Assembly: GCA_937967325.1 (NCBI GenBank)
Contig: CALBSQ010000053.1
Coordinates: forward strand, 255 to 64,254
Length of the DNA stretch: 64,000 bases
Origin: an uncultured Chloroflexota bacterium
Lineage (GTDB): Bacteria > Chloroflexota > UBA4733
Reading direction: 5' to 3'
Shown here: positions 19,900 through 28,782 of the stretch, piece by piece
How positions within the stretch are numbered: position 1 is the stretch's first letter
Layout of the letters: the number at the start of each line of letters is the position of its first letter
Notes under the pieces: model-generated
Seen by the model: only the letters and a program-made list of their open reading frames with translations
Told to the model about the DNA's origin: nothing
The model's database searches: none
Program-made: the position numbers and the translations under genes

Positions 19900-20925
19900 T
19901 CATTGGCCAGGCGCCACCGCCGCTCGCATGGCGCTGCGCTGGGCCTCGTTCAAGAAAGCGATCTCAATGGCGTTCTCCTGCGCCTGCCGGACCTGCCCTG
20001 CAGACAATCCGGCCGCGGAGGCAGCGACTGTCAGCTCGTGCTCGAGGGTGATGCCGCTGGTGACGGGGTCGTCGGTGTTGATCGTGGCGAGCAGGCCGCG
20101 CTCCAGGAACTGTCGCAGCGGGTGGTGGGCGTAGTCAGGCGCCGCTCCCGTTTGCACATTGCTGGTGAGGCAGGCTTCGATGCCGATGCGGTGTTCCAGC
20201 ATGTGGTCCAGTAGGCGCTCGTCCTGGACAGCGCGTGTGGCGTGGCCGATGCGCTCGGCGCCCAGCTCGCGGATGGCCGCCCAGACGCTCTCCGCCCCAG
20301 CCGCCTCGCCAGCGTGGGCGGTGACGCGCCAGCCGGCGTCGCGAGCGCGTCGGAAGTGCTCGCGGTACAGCGCGGCCGGCCAGCGCGCCTCATCCCCGGC
20401 CAGGTCGAGGCCGGCAATCTGGTCGCGGTAGGCCAGTAGTACCTCCAGCGCCTGCCAAGCCAGGTCCGGCTCCGTTCGGCCCGTCCCGCCGATCAGGTTG
20501 GTCCGAACGCCGAAGTCGCGCTGGCCGCGACGAGCGCCGTCGATCGTCGCCTCCACCACGCCCTCTGGAGGGAGTCTGTGCTGCGCGTACGTCCCCGGGC
20601 CGAAGCGCAGCTCGAGGTACGCAATCCCCTCTCGCGACGCGTCCTCAACGCACTCATAAGCCACCCGCGCGCAAACGTCCAGGTCGACCAGCGCCAATGA
20701 TGCCGGTGCAAGCCTGGTGAGGAAGGTCGGGAGGTCAGGCAACGGTGTCGTGACCTGGGCGAGCGGGCGCAGCGCGTCGAGCGTGCGCGGCAACGGCAGG
20801 TCGTGCTGCGTCGCGATCTCCAGGATGGTCTCCAAGCGCACACTGCCGGTGAGATGGCGGTGCAGATCGACGCGCGGGAGTATCACGGGAGGATCGGCAG
20901 CGAGGAGCCCGGTGTTATGCGTCAT
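19900..20925 (-). CDS. add: adenosine deaminase
   Basis: DLHRHLTGSV, TAHAGEAAG, ERIGHATR and INTDDPVTSG are the metal-binding and catalytic motifs of adenosine/AMP deaminases. Confidence 0.85.
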   Translation of the reverse strand: MTHNTGLLAADPPVILPRVDLHRHLTGSVRLETILEIATQHDLPLPRTLDALRPLAQVTTPLPDLPTFLTRLAPASLALVDLDVCARVAYECVEDASREGIAYLELRFGPGTYAQHRLPPEGVVEATIDGARRGQRDFGVRTNLIGGTGRTEPDLAWQALEVLLAYRDQIAGLDLAGDEARWPAALYREHFRRARDAGWRVTAHAGEAAGAESVWAAIRELGAERIGHATRAVQDERLLDHMLEHRIGIEACLTSNVQTGAAPDYAHHPLRQFLERGLLATINTDDPVTSGITLEHELTVAASAAGLSAGQVRQAQENAIEIAFLNEAQRSAMRAAVAPGQ

Positions 20926-21259
20926 TGGAGCGGGATTGTAGTGTCACGTCAGGCTGCGCGCATTGGCGACCCGGACATGAACAGGCGTGGTCAACAAGCA
21001 CGCATGAGCGGTCGATGTGGCATCTTCGATGGAGTTCCCGGCGACCCCGGTCGCCGGGGGATCGCCGCGACCACCTGAAGCGCCCTGAGCGTCGTGGCTC
21101 ATTGGAGGAGCCACACATGCTGCTACACTCCGGGCGTGGACGACGAGCGGGGCCGGCTGCTGGGCAGCGTCGAGCGGTGGTTCGGGGCGGGCGATCAGGT
21201 CGCGCACTACGGCAACGAGGCAGCGCAAGGAGCGACGCCGGCCGAGCTCTCAGTGAACG

Positions 21260-21670
21260 TTACCCCCTCGGTGCGAGCAGCACCTTCAGATCAGGCACCC
21301 GCTGAAAGTCCTGATCGGTCGTGACCAAGGTGAGCCCAAACTCCAAAGCCGTACCAGCAATCAACGTGTCGATATCGCCGATCAATCCTAGACCGTAGGG
21401 AGGACGGAGTGCTCGCCGGATATCAGCATAGCGATCGAGGATGGAGAACGTAAGCATGTACGGCTGCACCACCTCGATCAGATCCCGGAGCGCGCTGTGG
21501 TGCCGCGGGAAGTTCGGCTTGCCCTTGAGGTGCTCAACCATCTCGCCATAGACTATGATGCTCGTTGCCGCCTCTTGATTGCTAATCCAGGGCGAGATGA
21601 GCGTCACCGCGAACTGTCGATGAGCAAGATATGCCGCTAACAGGGTAGTGTCAAGCAGGTAACGGATCAC
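21260..21670 (-). CDS. vapC: PIN-domain toxin (VapC-like)
   Basis: MIRYLLDTTLL (N-terminal Asp) and LVTTDQDFQRV. 4-nt overlap with the upstream small gene. Lower GC. Confidence 0.8.
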   Translation of the reverse strand: MIRYLLDTTLLAAYLAHRQFAVTLISPWISNQEAATSIIVYGEMVEHLKGKPNFPRHHSALRDLIEVVQPYMLTFSILDRYADIRRALRPPYGLGLIGDIDTLIAGTALEFGLTLVTTDQDFQRVPDLKVLLAPRG

Positions 21671-21933
21671 TCGTCGAGCGATATTGGTGGCGTCGGCGGA
21701 TTGGCACGGCGGATCTCGTGCAGATTAGCTTCCATATCCCCCCAGTCCATGTCGCTCCACGCACCTGGCAGATTCAGTGCCGTCTGGATCGCTTCCTGGG
21801 TAACGCTCGCTCTTGCTTCTGCCTCTGAAGTGACGTATCGCACTACCTCTTGGTCGCCACATCGACTAATAACGGCAATGAGCGGTTGACCTCTCTCCAA
21901 CAGTACATTACTTGTCGCGCCGATTCTCGCCAT
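21667..21933 (-). CDS. putative antitoxin partner of VapC
   Basis: An 88-aa ORF translationally coupled to the PIN gene by a 4-nt overlap. The family was not recognised. Confidence 0.5.
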   Translation of the reverse strand: MARIGATSNVLLERGQPLIAVISRCGDQEVVRYVTSEAEARASVTQEAIQTALNLPGAWSDMDWGDMEANLHEIRRANPPTPPISLDE

Positions 21934-22151
21934 TCGACCCTACCATTGCTGATGCCTAGCAGACGCCACCATTGTAGCACGGCTACCTACGATGCCTCGC
22001 CTGCTCCCATCAGCTCCTTTTGCTCCACGAGGTGAACCGAACTGCCAGCCCGCTGCCAATCTGAGCAATCAAGCTCAGAAACTCTACCCGTCTTTGGGCG
22101 ACGCACCCCGGGGCGGCCCGGTCTATCCGGCCGCCGAAAAGAGTTCCCCGT

Positions 22152-23051
22152 TCACGTCCACCTCGACAACCCGCCGTCGTTGCGCGCCTTGGCGAGGCCG
22201 GCGGCGAAAAGCGCCGCCCCCAGCGCGGGCAGGATAAGGGCTGCGCAAGCGAGGGCGATCGGGTCGGCCTGTACCGCACTCAGGCTGCCGATCTCTAGCA
22301 GTGGCGGCGAGCCGGCGTTCGCCAACAGCAGTCGCCGGGCGGCATCGATGGCGTAGGTCTGGGGCAACAGCATGGCCAGCGCATGCAGCCAACCGGGCAG
22401 CAGCGTGATCGGGAAGTAGACGCCGGTCACCAGCCCCTGGAGGATGCCGACGATCCAGGAGATGGGGTCGTTCCAGCCCTTGGCGTTGATCAGCATGAAC
22501 ATCGCCGCCGACATCAACCCGAAGCCGAGCACGGCCACGGCCGCCAGCAGGAGCGCCAGGAGGGTAAGCAGCCCGTTGACTCCTGTCGTCTGCACGTGCG
22601 CGCCGAAGGCCCAGCCCACCGCCGCCAGGATCAGCACGTTGAGGAGCGTGCGCGCGTAGCTCCAGCCGACCTGCGACAGCACCGATAGGCCCACGGGGCA
22701 GGGTGAGAGCAGGATGGTCTCCAGGCGCTGCATCCAGTAGTCCATGGACAGCGCCTGGTAGGGGCCGCTCAAGCTCGCGCTCATCACCGAGTTGAAGACG
22801 ATGCCGATGGCCAGGAAGGCGGTGTAGTTGGTCTGCCAGGCTTGCTGCCCGCTCGCCACGAGCGTTGTACCGAGGAAGAAGAAGACACTCGCCTGCGCCG
22901 CGCCGCCTAATAGGTCCATGACCATGCTGACCCGAAAGCGCAGCCAGAGCCGCGCGTTGCGACCGAGCAGGACGGACAGGATGCGCAGCATGTAGCCGGG
23001 GCCGCCCAGCGGCGCCTGCTCGAGCCCTGAGGAGAGTGCTTGGCTCGCCAT
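22152..23051 (-). CDS. ABC-2 type transporter permease
   Basis: Six-TM hydrophobic profile. Start overlaps the stop of the upstream ATPase remnant. Typical ABC-2 length. Confidence 0.75.
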   Translation of the reverse strand: MASQALSSGLEQAPLGGPGYMLRILSVLLGRNARLWLRFRVSMVMDLLGGAAQASVFFFLGTTLVASGQQAWQTNYTAFLAIGIVFNSVMSASLSGPYQALSMDYWMQRLETILLSPCPVGLSVLSQVGWSYARTLLNVLILAAVGWAFGAHVQTTGVNGLLTLLALLLAAVAVLGFGLMSAAMFMLINAKGWNDPISWIVGILQGLVTGVYFPITLLPGWLHALAMLLPQTYAIDAARRLLLANAGSPPLLEIGSLSAVQADPIALACAALILPALGAALFAAGLAKARNDGGLSRWT

Positions 23052-23871
23052 CAGTCCAGACTCCTTCCCGTCCGTCGCAGGAAGACATCCTCCAGCGTCG
23101 CCCCGGCCGGGGTGATGCTCACGACGGCGCTGCCGGCCGCTTCTAGCGCGGCGCGGACATCCGCGGCTTGGACGCCCGGCCGCAGGTGGACGCGCAGCCG
23201 GCCGGCTCCTTGGCGATCGAGTGACTCGACGTGGTGCAGTGTTAGCTTGCGCTCCTGTAGGGAGCGGATCGCTTCCGGCGAACAGGAGGACAGGGCGAGC
23301 TCCAGGACGCAGTCGCCGAGACCGGAAGCCAGCGCCGCCGGGCGGTCGCAGGCGATGACCTGGCCGCGATCGACGATGGCGACGCGGTCGGCCAGTTGTT
23401 CGGCTTCGGCCATGTTGTGCGTAGTCAGGATCACCGTCTGGCCCAGCCGGCGGTTCAGCTCGTTACGGATGAAGTCGCGGATCTGGTAGGCCCCGGCCGG
23501 ATCGACGTTCGCGGTCGGCTCATCCAGCATGAAGACGGGCGTGCGCAGAAGCAGGCCCTTGGCGATGGCCAGCCGGGCGCGCATGCCGCTGGAGAGGTGC
23601 TCCGGCTTCTCCTCCAGCCACGCCCCCAGGCCGACCACGTCGAGGGCCTCGCGGATGCGCTGCTGCGCCGTCCGGCGGTCGGCCGCAGCGTCGTCGCCAG
23701 GATCTTGATCAGGGTCGTCTTCCCTGCGCCGTTCGGCCCCAGGATGGCGAAGAACTCGCCGGGCCGAACGCTCACGCTGACGCCGTCGAGCGCGACGATG
23801 GCGGCGCGCTTCGAGCCAAGATCGACCGCCCGCACCAGCAGGCGTGGCTCCCCCCTTCGCGGCTCAGGCAT
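23051..23871 (-). pseudogene. ABC transporter ATP-binding gene with internal out-of-frame deletion
   Basis: Walker A GPNGAGKTTLIKILATTLRPTAG (frame of 23455..23901) abuts directly on DRRTAQQRIREALDVVGLGAWLEEKPEHLSSGMRARL...MLDEPTANVD (frame of 23051..23638). The roughly 50-60 aa segment that normally carries the Q-loop is absent. Confidence 0.65.
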
Positions 23872-24968
23872 TGCGATTCGATCAGCAGACGCGACGAGCA
23901 CTCCCAGAAGGCCCGCCAGGCGGGCAGCGTGGAGTCAACGGCGGTGACGGAGGATTGCCATGCCGTTTCGGCGCAGTCGCGGCAGTGCCACTTGACCTCG
24001 TACCCGGCCCGGTCCCAGAAGCGCGCATGCACCAGCGGCGCTCCACACCGCTCACAAGTAGGCGCCGGCGTGCGCAAGAGACGGCGGACCTGACCGTCCA
24101 GCAGCTCGCTGCCGCGGCGCAGCGCACCGTCGAGCGAGGCATGCCGTTGCAGCGGCAGGGGATAGCTGATCCAGTAAAGGTTCCCCGGACAACAGACCGG
24201 GCAGGTTGCGTACAGATGCAACGGCCGGTCCGGGCTTATCCCCGGCTGCAAGCGACCGCGGAGACGCTGCCGGCCACAGACCGAGCACCAGCTCAGGAGC
24301 TCCTCCGTCTCGTCGCTGCATTGCGCCGCTACGTCCCGCAAGCGCCGCGTTGCGCGATAGACGGTTCCCTCGACGGCCCTCGGCGAGAGACCAAGCCGCC
24401 GGCCAATCTCCTGCTGGGACTGTCTGGCCTCGTGGTACAGCAGCAGGACCGCGCGCTCTCGGGGTGACAGGAGGCGCAACAACCGGCTGAGGAGGTCACG
24501 CGCCTCGACATCCCCAAAGGCGCCAGCAGCGGCAACGTTTTCCAGCAGCGGCAAGTCCTCGAATCCGGCGTGCCCCGTGACCTCCAGCGAGCGCTCCCGC
24601 TGCCGCGCTCGCTCGCGGCGCAGCCACTGGCGGGCGGCATTCTGGACCACCGTGGCGATCCAGTGCGGGAAGGCGGCGGAGTGCTGCAGCGTCGCCAGCC
24701 CGCGCGCCGCCTGCCACAGAGCCTCCTGAACGACGTCCGCCGCGTCGGCCTCATTGGCCACGTACGTCCGGGCGATCCGCCAGACCAGCGGGCGGCAGCG
24801 CTCGATCAACTGCTCCAGCGACGCCGCAGCCACCGCCGCGTCCTGCTGAGCCCCAGCGCACTGCTCCACAAGCGCAGCGACCTCCTCATCGCCGGCAAAC
24901 GCCCTCCAGGTCGCCCTGGTGGCGCGGTGCGCCTCCACCTCGACCCCCAGCTCGCTGCTCCCGACCAT
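23772..24968 (-). CDS. ECF (sigma-70 group IV) sigma factor with long Cys-rich C-terminal extension
   Basis: Region 2 VVQEALWQAARG...FPHWIATVVQNAARQWLRRE. Region 4 LSPRERAVLLLYHEARQSQQEIGRRLGLSPRAVEGTVYRATRRL. The tail carries WCSVCG, TCPVCCPG, TCERCG and HCRDCA. ATG 24968 is preceded by GGGGGGAG. Confidence 0.8.
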   Translation of the reverse strand: MVGSSELGVEVEAHRATRATWRAFAGDEEVAALVEQCAGAQQDAAVAAASLEQLIERCRPLVWRIARTYVANEADAADVVQEALWQAARGLATLQHSAAFPHWIATVVQNAARQWLRRERARQRERSLEVTGHAGFEDLPLLENVAAAGAFGDVEARDLLSRLLRLLSPRERAVLLLYHEARQSQQEIGRRLGLSPRAVEGTVYRATRRLRDVAAQCSDETEELLSWCSVCGRQRLRGRLQPGISPDRPLHLYATCPVCCPGNLYWISYPLPLQRHASLDGALRRGSELLDGQVRRLLRTPAPTCERCGAPLVHARFWDRAGYEVKWHCRDCAETAWQSSVTAVDSTLPAWRAFWECSSRLLIESQCLSREGGSHACWCGRSILARSAPPSSRSTASA

Positions 24969-25221
24969 CGACGCTCCCCCCTTCAATTGCGACTCTACAT
25001 CATGAGATGCACGGTTCAGGCGAGATCCCACGTGCAGCCGGACGCCCCTCCATGGCGCGCCGAAAACGGGAGCGTGGTAGCATCGAGATGCACGGGCTGT
25101 TCCTCGGCCTTGCCACCTATGGCCTGTTCATGCTCGGGCTGGTGCTGATCTCCTTCACTGTTGGGAAGGGAGCGGCGAACTGATACCGCTTCAGACAAGG
25201 GAGCGTCGAATCTGTCTGCTC

Positions 25222-25740
25222 ATGGGCATGCTCGTCGCGATATTCCTCCTCGCGCTGGTCGCATGCACCCGGCCTTTCGGTGCGGCATCTCCGCCGAGTC
25301 GCTGCGGCCCGCCCAGTCCGATCGATCCGCGTTTCCACGTGGCGGTGGCCGGGCCGCTGGTCTTCTATGGCGGTCTAGACACCACCCATGCGATTGTCGG
25401 GGACTTCGCTCCGGGCATTCCAGCCAAGGTGGGCATCTCGGCCCTCCACCCCATCACCACGCCGCTCACGCTGGAAGGCTGGGACTGCGCGAGCGGAAAG
25501 CGGCTGCGCTTCTGGTACCATCCGGGCAGCCCATTCGACTCCGTGCCGGTCACCGCGGCACAGCTTGCTGCCGCGGGGGACCTGACGGCGGTCCTGCCGC
25601 CGGACGATCGGGGGTTCTACCCGGGCTATATACTGTTCACTCATCCCGGCAACTGGAAGGTCGAGGTACGCCAGGGCGATCAGATGCTCGGCTCCGTGGT
25701 CTTCGACGTGCTGGACCCGAACGACCGGGGGAGCGACTAA
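25222..25740 (+). CDS. putative secreted lipoprotein, function unknown
   Basis: MGMLVAIFLLALVACT is a signal peptide with a lipobox Cys. GC3-rich frame. Confidence 0.55.
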   Translation: MGMLVAIFLLALVACTRPFGAASPPSRCGPPSPIDPRFHVAVAGPLVFYGGLDTTHAIVGDFAPGIPAKVGISALHPITTPLTLEGWDCASGKRLRFWYHPGSPFDSVPVTAAQLAAAGDLTAVLPPDDRGFYPGYILFTHPGNWKVEVRQGDQMLGSVVFDVLDPNDRGSD

Positions 25741-25792
25741 CCCGGAATGTGTGATCGTGCGCTGCGAAAGTTACGCTCTGAGGAGGCAGACA

Positions 25793-26092
25793 ATGTTCGT
25801 CGTGATCCGCGAGAATACGTTCGATCCCAAGAAGCTGGTGAGGGGACAGGCTCAGCTTGAGGAGTTCGCTGCGCTGCACGCCCGGCAGCCGGGATACAAG
25901 GGCAACCTGGTGGTGGATGCCGGCAACGGCCGCGCTATCGCGGTAACGCTCTGGGACTCCGAGGAGCAAGGGGCCGCCGCCCGCGCCGTCGTGGAGCCCG
26001 CTGCTGTCCGCCTGCTCCAACCGCTACTGACCGTCCCGTCGCGCCTGCTGGGCAGTGGTAACGTCGTGAGCCAGGACCTCGTGACGGAGTAA
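25793..26092 (+). CDS. small ABM-like (antibiotic biosynthesis monooxygenase fold) protein
   Basis: ATG 25793 after AGGAGG. MFVVIRENTF...AIAVTLWDSEEQGAAA resembles dimeric alpha-beta barrel proteins. Confidence 0.5.
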   Translation: MFVVIRENTFDPKKLVRGQAQLEEFAALHARQPGYKGNLVVDAGNGRAIAVTLWDSEEQGAAARAVVEPAAVRLLQPLLTVPSRLLGSGNVVSQDLVTE

Positions 26093-26540
26093 ACGACGCG
26101 CGGGCGATCCGAGGAGATACCTCGTGGATGGGCGTGCTCCTCCGTTCCACGACCGAGTTTTGCACGGCCAGCGCGCAGCGTAGTGCTATTCGGGCGCTTC
26201 CTGCCAGTCCACCACCATATCACGCGATGCCTCGGTCAGGATGACGCGGTCCTAGGACGCGGCCGGCGCGTACCCGAGCGCACTATCGGCGAGGAGCAGC
26301 GTGACGTTGCCAATGCCTCCGGAGGCTGCCCTCGGCCTTCAGTTGCTTGATGAGGGCTTCAGCCAGAGCCGGCGCGTCATGCCCGGCCATTAGGTCTCCT
26401 CGGCGCCAGTCACTCAAGATAGCGGGGTACGCCATCCCATGCTGCCTGCGCGGTCGTGAGAGCATTGCCCAAGGTGCAGGTGCTGCGAGGAGCCAGCGGT
26501 TTCCCGGCGGTACAATTCCATACATCAGAGACGGGGACGC

Positions 26541-27020
26541 ATGATGACCGACACCCAGCTCGAGTCAACCTGCGGAACTTGCCGCGCCAATCGCGGCGAG
26601 CTGCCGGCGCCGGGCGGGGTGATCTACCAGGATGCGTCCTGGCGCCTGGAGCACATCCTGGCGCCGATTCCGCTGGCCGGCTGGCTGGTCCTCAAGCCGC
26701 TGCGCCACGTCGAGGCCATGGCCGACCTGTCGTCCGAGGAGGCGGCCGCCTTCGGGCCGCTCGTTCGGCGGATCACGAGGGCCATGCGCGAGGTGCTCCA
26801 GCCGGCCAAGGTCTATCTGTGCCAGTTCTCCGAGGCGGAGCACTTCGCGCACATCCACTTCCACCTGATCCCACGCTCCGCCGATATACCGAAGGAGCGG
26901 CGAGGCCCCGCCGTGTTTGATCTCCTCAGCGCCGCCGCGCAGGGCGGTCGCAAGCTGGCGCCGCTGGAGGAGGCCGAGCGGATCGCGGCGGCAGTGCGGG
27001 AGCGGCTGCTCACCGAGTAA
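26541..27020 (+). CDS. HIT (histidine triad) family hydrolase
   Basis: HFAHIHFHLIPR histidine triad. N-terminal CGTCRAN zinc-binding-like motif. Confidence 0.85.
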   Translation: MMTDTQLESTCGTCRANRGELPAPGGVIYQDASWRLEHILAPIPLAGWLVLKPLRHVEAMADLSSEEAAAFGPLVRRITRAMREVLQPAKVYLCQFSEAEHFAHIHFHLIPRSADIPKERRGPAVFDLLSAAAQGGRKLAPLEEAERIAAAVRERLLTE

Positions 27021-27027
27021 GGAATGC

Positions 27028-27291
27028 ATGCGTTCTATTCCTGGTTGCGGTGCATGCCCGCCGGTCTGCGCGGTACTGGTCGACATCGGTAGCGGCTTCC
27101 CTTGGCTGCAGCCTTTTTCATTCGCCCCTTGGGAAGCGCTTCTGAGGATTGCCTCCGGTAAGCCAACCCAACTCTCCATTGGTACATTTGTGGAGGGCAT
27201 GTGGGCTACTGATTGGGCCGGGATTCCGCTGGCAGCATCGAACGCCGATAGCCTTGATGGAGTGAATTGCCGTACACTGGCATTTGGGTGA
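27028..27291 (+). CDS. possible small hypothetical protein (low-GC ORF)
   Basis: ATG 27028 after TAAGGA. MRSIPGCGACPPVCAVLVDIGSG... Sub-ORF of 26917..27291. Atypical codon usage and no recognised family. Confidence 0.25.
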   Translation: MRSIPGCGACPPVCAVLVDIGSGFPWLQPFSFAPWEALLRIASGKPTQLSIGTFVEGMWATDWAGIPLAASNADSLDGVNCRTLAFG

Positions 27292-27318
27292 ATCACATCA
27301 GGAATCGATGGCTGGCCG

Positions 27319-27663
27319 ATGGTTGCCACGCGAAGTGCCGATGAGACCAATGTTGCTGACGCGATCGCCCTCATCACCGACCGCGTCGTGCGCGAGTTCG
27401 CTCCGCGGCGGATCATCCTCTTCGGCTCGCAAGCCCGCGGTGACGCGGATGCGCGGAGCGATGTGGATTTGCTCGTCGTGCTGGACGGAGTGACCAACCG
27501 ACGAGATGCCAGCGTAGCGATCTTGCGATCCTTGGCCGACCTCACGGTTCCGGCCGACATTGTGGTCACAACCCCGGAGGAAATCGCGCGGCGGGGCCAC
27601 GTCGTCGGGACGGTGCTGCGATCCGCGCTGCGCGAAGGCAGGGTGCTCTATGAGCGATCCTGA
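27319..27663 (+). CDS. MNT-type nucleotidyltransferase (antitoxin of HEPN/MNT modules)
   Basis: ILFGSQARGDADARSDVDLLVV carries the GSxxRG...DxD minimal nucleotidyltransferase motif. Confidence 0.8.
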   Translation: MVATRSADETNVADAIALITDRVVREFAPRRIILFGSQARGDADARSDVDLLVVLDGVTNRRDASVAILRSLADLTVPADIVVTTPEEIARRGHVVGTVLRSALREGRVLYERS

Positions 27664-27724
27664 GACGATCGGGGAGGCTCGCCGCTGGCTACGATTCGCC
27701 GATGAGCTACTGATAAGCAACTGA
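27650..27724 (+). pseudogene. 24-codon stub of the cognate HEPN toxin gene
   Basis: An ATG overlaps the MNT 3' end. MSDPETIGEARRWLRFADELLISN then stops. This is the usual N-terminal helix of HEPN partners, but the RxxxxH part is missing. Confidence 0.4.
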
Positions 27725-27735
27725 ACGAGGTCCGG

Positions 27736-28584
27736 TTGGACAGGGATACGAGGGTCGTGACCGCACACGACATCCGCGCTGCGACGAGAGAGATTGGCCT
27801 GGTCGGTCGGCCGATCTGTGTGCATGTGTCGCTGTGCTCCTTCGGCTGGATTGAGGGTGGGGCGGCGAGCGTCGTAGAGGGGCTGTTGGCCGAGGGCTGT
27901 ACCGTGCTGGCGCCGACGTTCTCCTACCGCTTCGGCAACATGCCGTCGCCGGGCATGCGGCGCTGGGCGCAAAACGCCTGGCAGGAAGAACGAAGCTGGG
28001 ACGACACGGAAGCTCGCGCCCTGGTGTATCGGCCCGATAGCCAGGATATCGACCAGCGCGACATGGGCGCGATCGCTACGGCCTTGCTCGGCATGCCCGG
28101 CCGCGGCCGCGGCGATCACCCGCTCAACTCCTTCGCGGCAGTCGGTCCGTTGGCAGCGGAGCTGATCGCCGGCCAGACGCCGATGGACGTGTACGCTCCC
28201 TTGAAAGCGCTTGTGGAGCGTGACGGTGCCGTCGTACTGATGGGGGTGGGGCTAGACAAGATGACCCTTCTGCATCTGGCGGAGGAGCGGGCTGGTCGGC
28301 GGATGTTCCGGCGCTGGGCGAACGGTCCGAATGGCCAGCCGATGGAGGTTGCGGCGGGCGGCGATTCTGCCGGCTTCCCGAACTTGGGGCCGGCGCTCGA
28401 TCCCTTCGCCTCAGAACGCCGGGTCGGCGCGAGCCGCTGGCGCGCGTTCCCAGCGGGCGCGACGCTGGACGCGGCAACCCGCGCCATCCGGGCGCATCCG
28501 GCCGTCACTCGTTGTGCGGCGGATTGCTTGGAGTGTCGCGATGCCATCGCCGGCGGGCCCGTCCCGCTCGCTGGCGTGACCTGA
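27736..28584 (+). CDS. AAC(3)-family aminoglycoside N-acetyltransferase-like protein
   Basis: ICVHVSLCSFGWIEGGAASVVEGLLAEGCTVLAPTFSY and VVLMGVGLDKMTLLHLAEE match the AAC(3) fold pattern. The start is uncertain (TTG 27736 or GTG 27757). Confidence 0.7.
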   Translation: MDRDTRVVTAHDIRAATREIGLVGRPICVHVSLCSFGWIEGGAASVVEGLLAEGCTVLAPTFSYRFGNMPSPGMRRWAQNAWQEERSWDDTEARALVYRPDSQDIDQRDMGAIATALLGMPGRGRGDHPLNSFAAVGPLAAELIAGQTPMDVYAPLKALVERDGAVVLMGVGLDKMTLLHLAEERAGRRMFRRWANGPNGQPMEVAAGGDSAGFPNLGPALDPFASERRVGASRWRAFPAGATLDAATRAIRAHPAVTRCAADCLECRDAIAGGPVPLAGVT

Positions 28585-28782
28585 CGGTAGAGTGCCTAAA
28601 GTCACCGGTGCGTGTCGGCGCGGAAGTAGTCTGCCCGCTTGAACGTAGACTTCCTCCTACGTCCCGTTCAGGTGACTTCATATCCGGTTTCAGGACCCAT
28701 CTACATGCGAACCCAGCGAGTGGGCTCTGTCAGGGCGCCCCGGCGCCCGGCTGCGCGACTGCCGGCCTCAGGCCGGTGTTCG

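Noticed and set aside
21121-21133. Exact 13-mer TGCTACACTCCGG shared with 37759-37771, resembling an extended -10 element.
   Set aside because: Repeated 13-mers are expected by chance many times in 64 kb. The flanks align only weakly, and locus A has no downstream gene on that strand.
26170-26525. ORF 26283..26525 on the minus strand and adjacent frames (…AGHDAPALAEALIKQLKAEG…, …DRVILTEASRDMVVDWQEAPE).
   Set aside because: This may be another decayed gene, but I could not tie the pieces to any family or to a consistent frame, so it is not reported as a feature.
28599-28678. Concentric short inverted repeats (AAGTCACC/GGTGACTT and GGAAGT/ACTTCC) between the convergent AAC(3)-like and methyltransferase genes.
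   Set aside because: The stems are only 8 and 6 bp and the intervening arms do not pair. This is plausibly a bidirectional terminator region or chance, and not comparable to the 25-bp perfect repeat at 39.4 kb.
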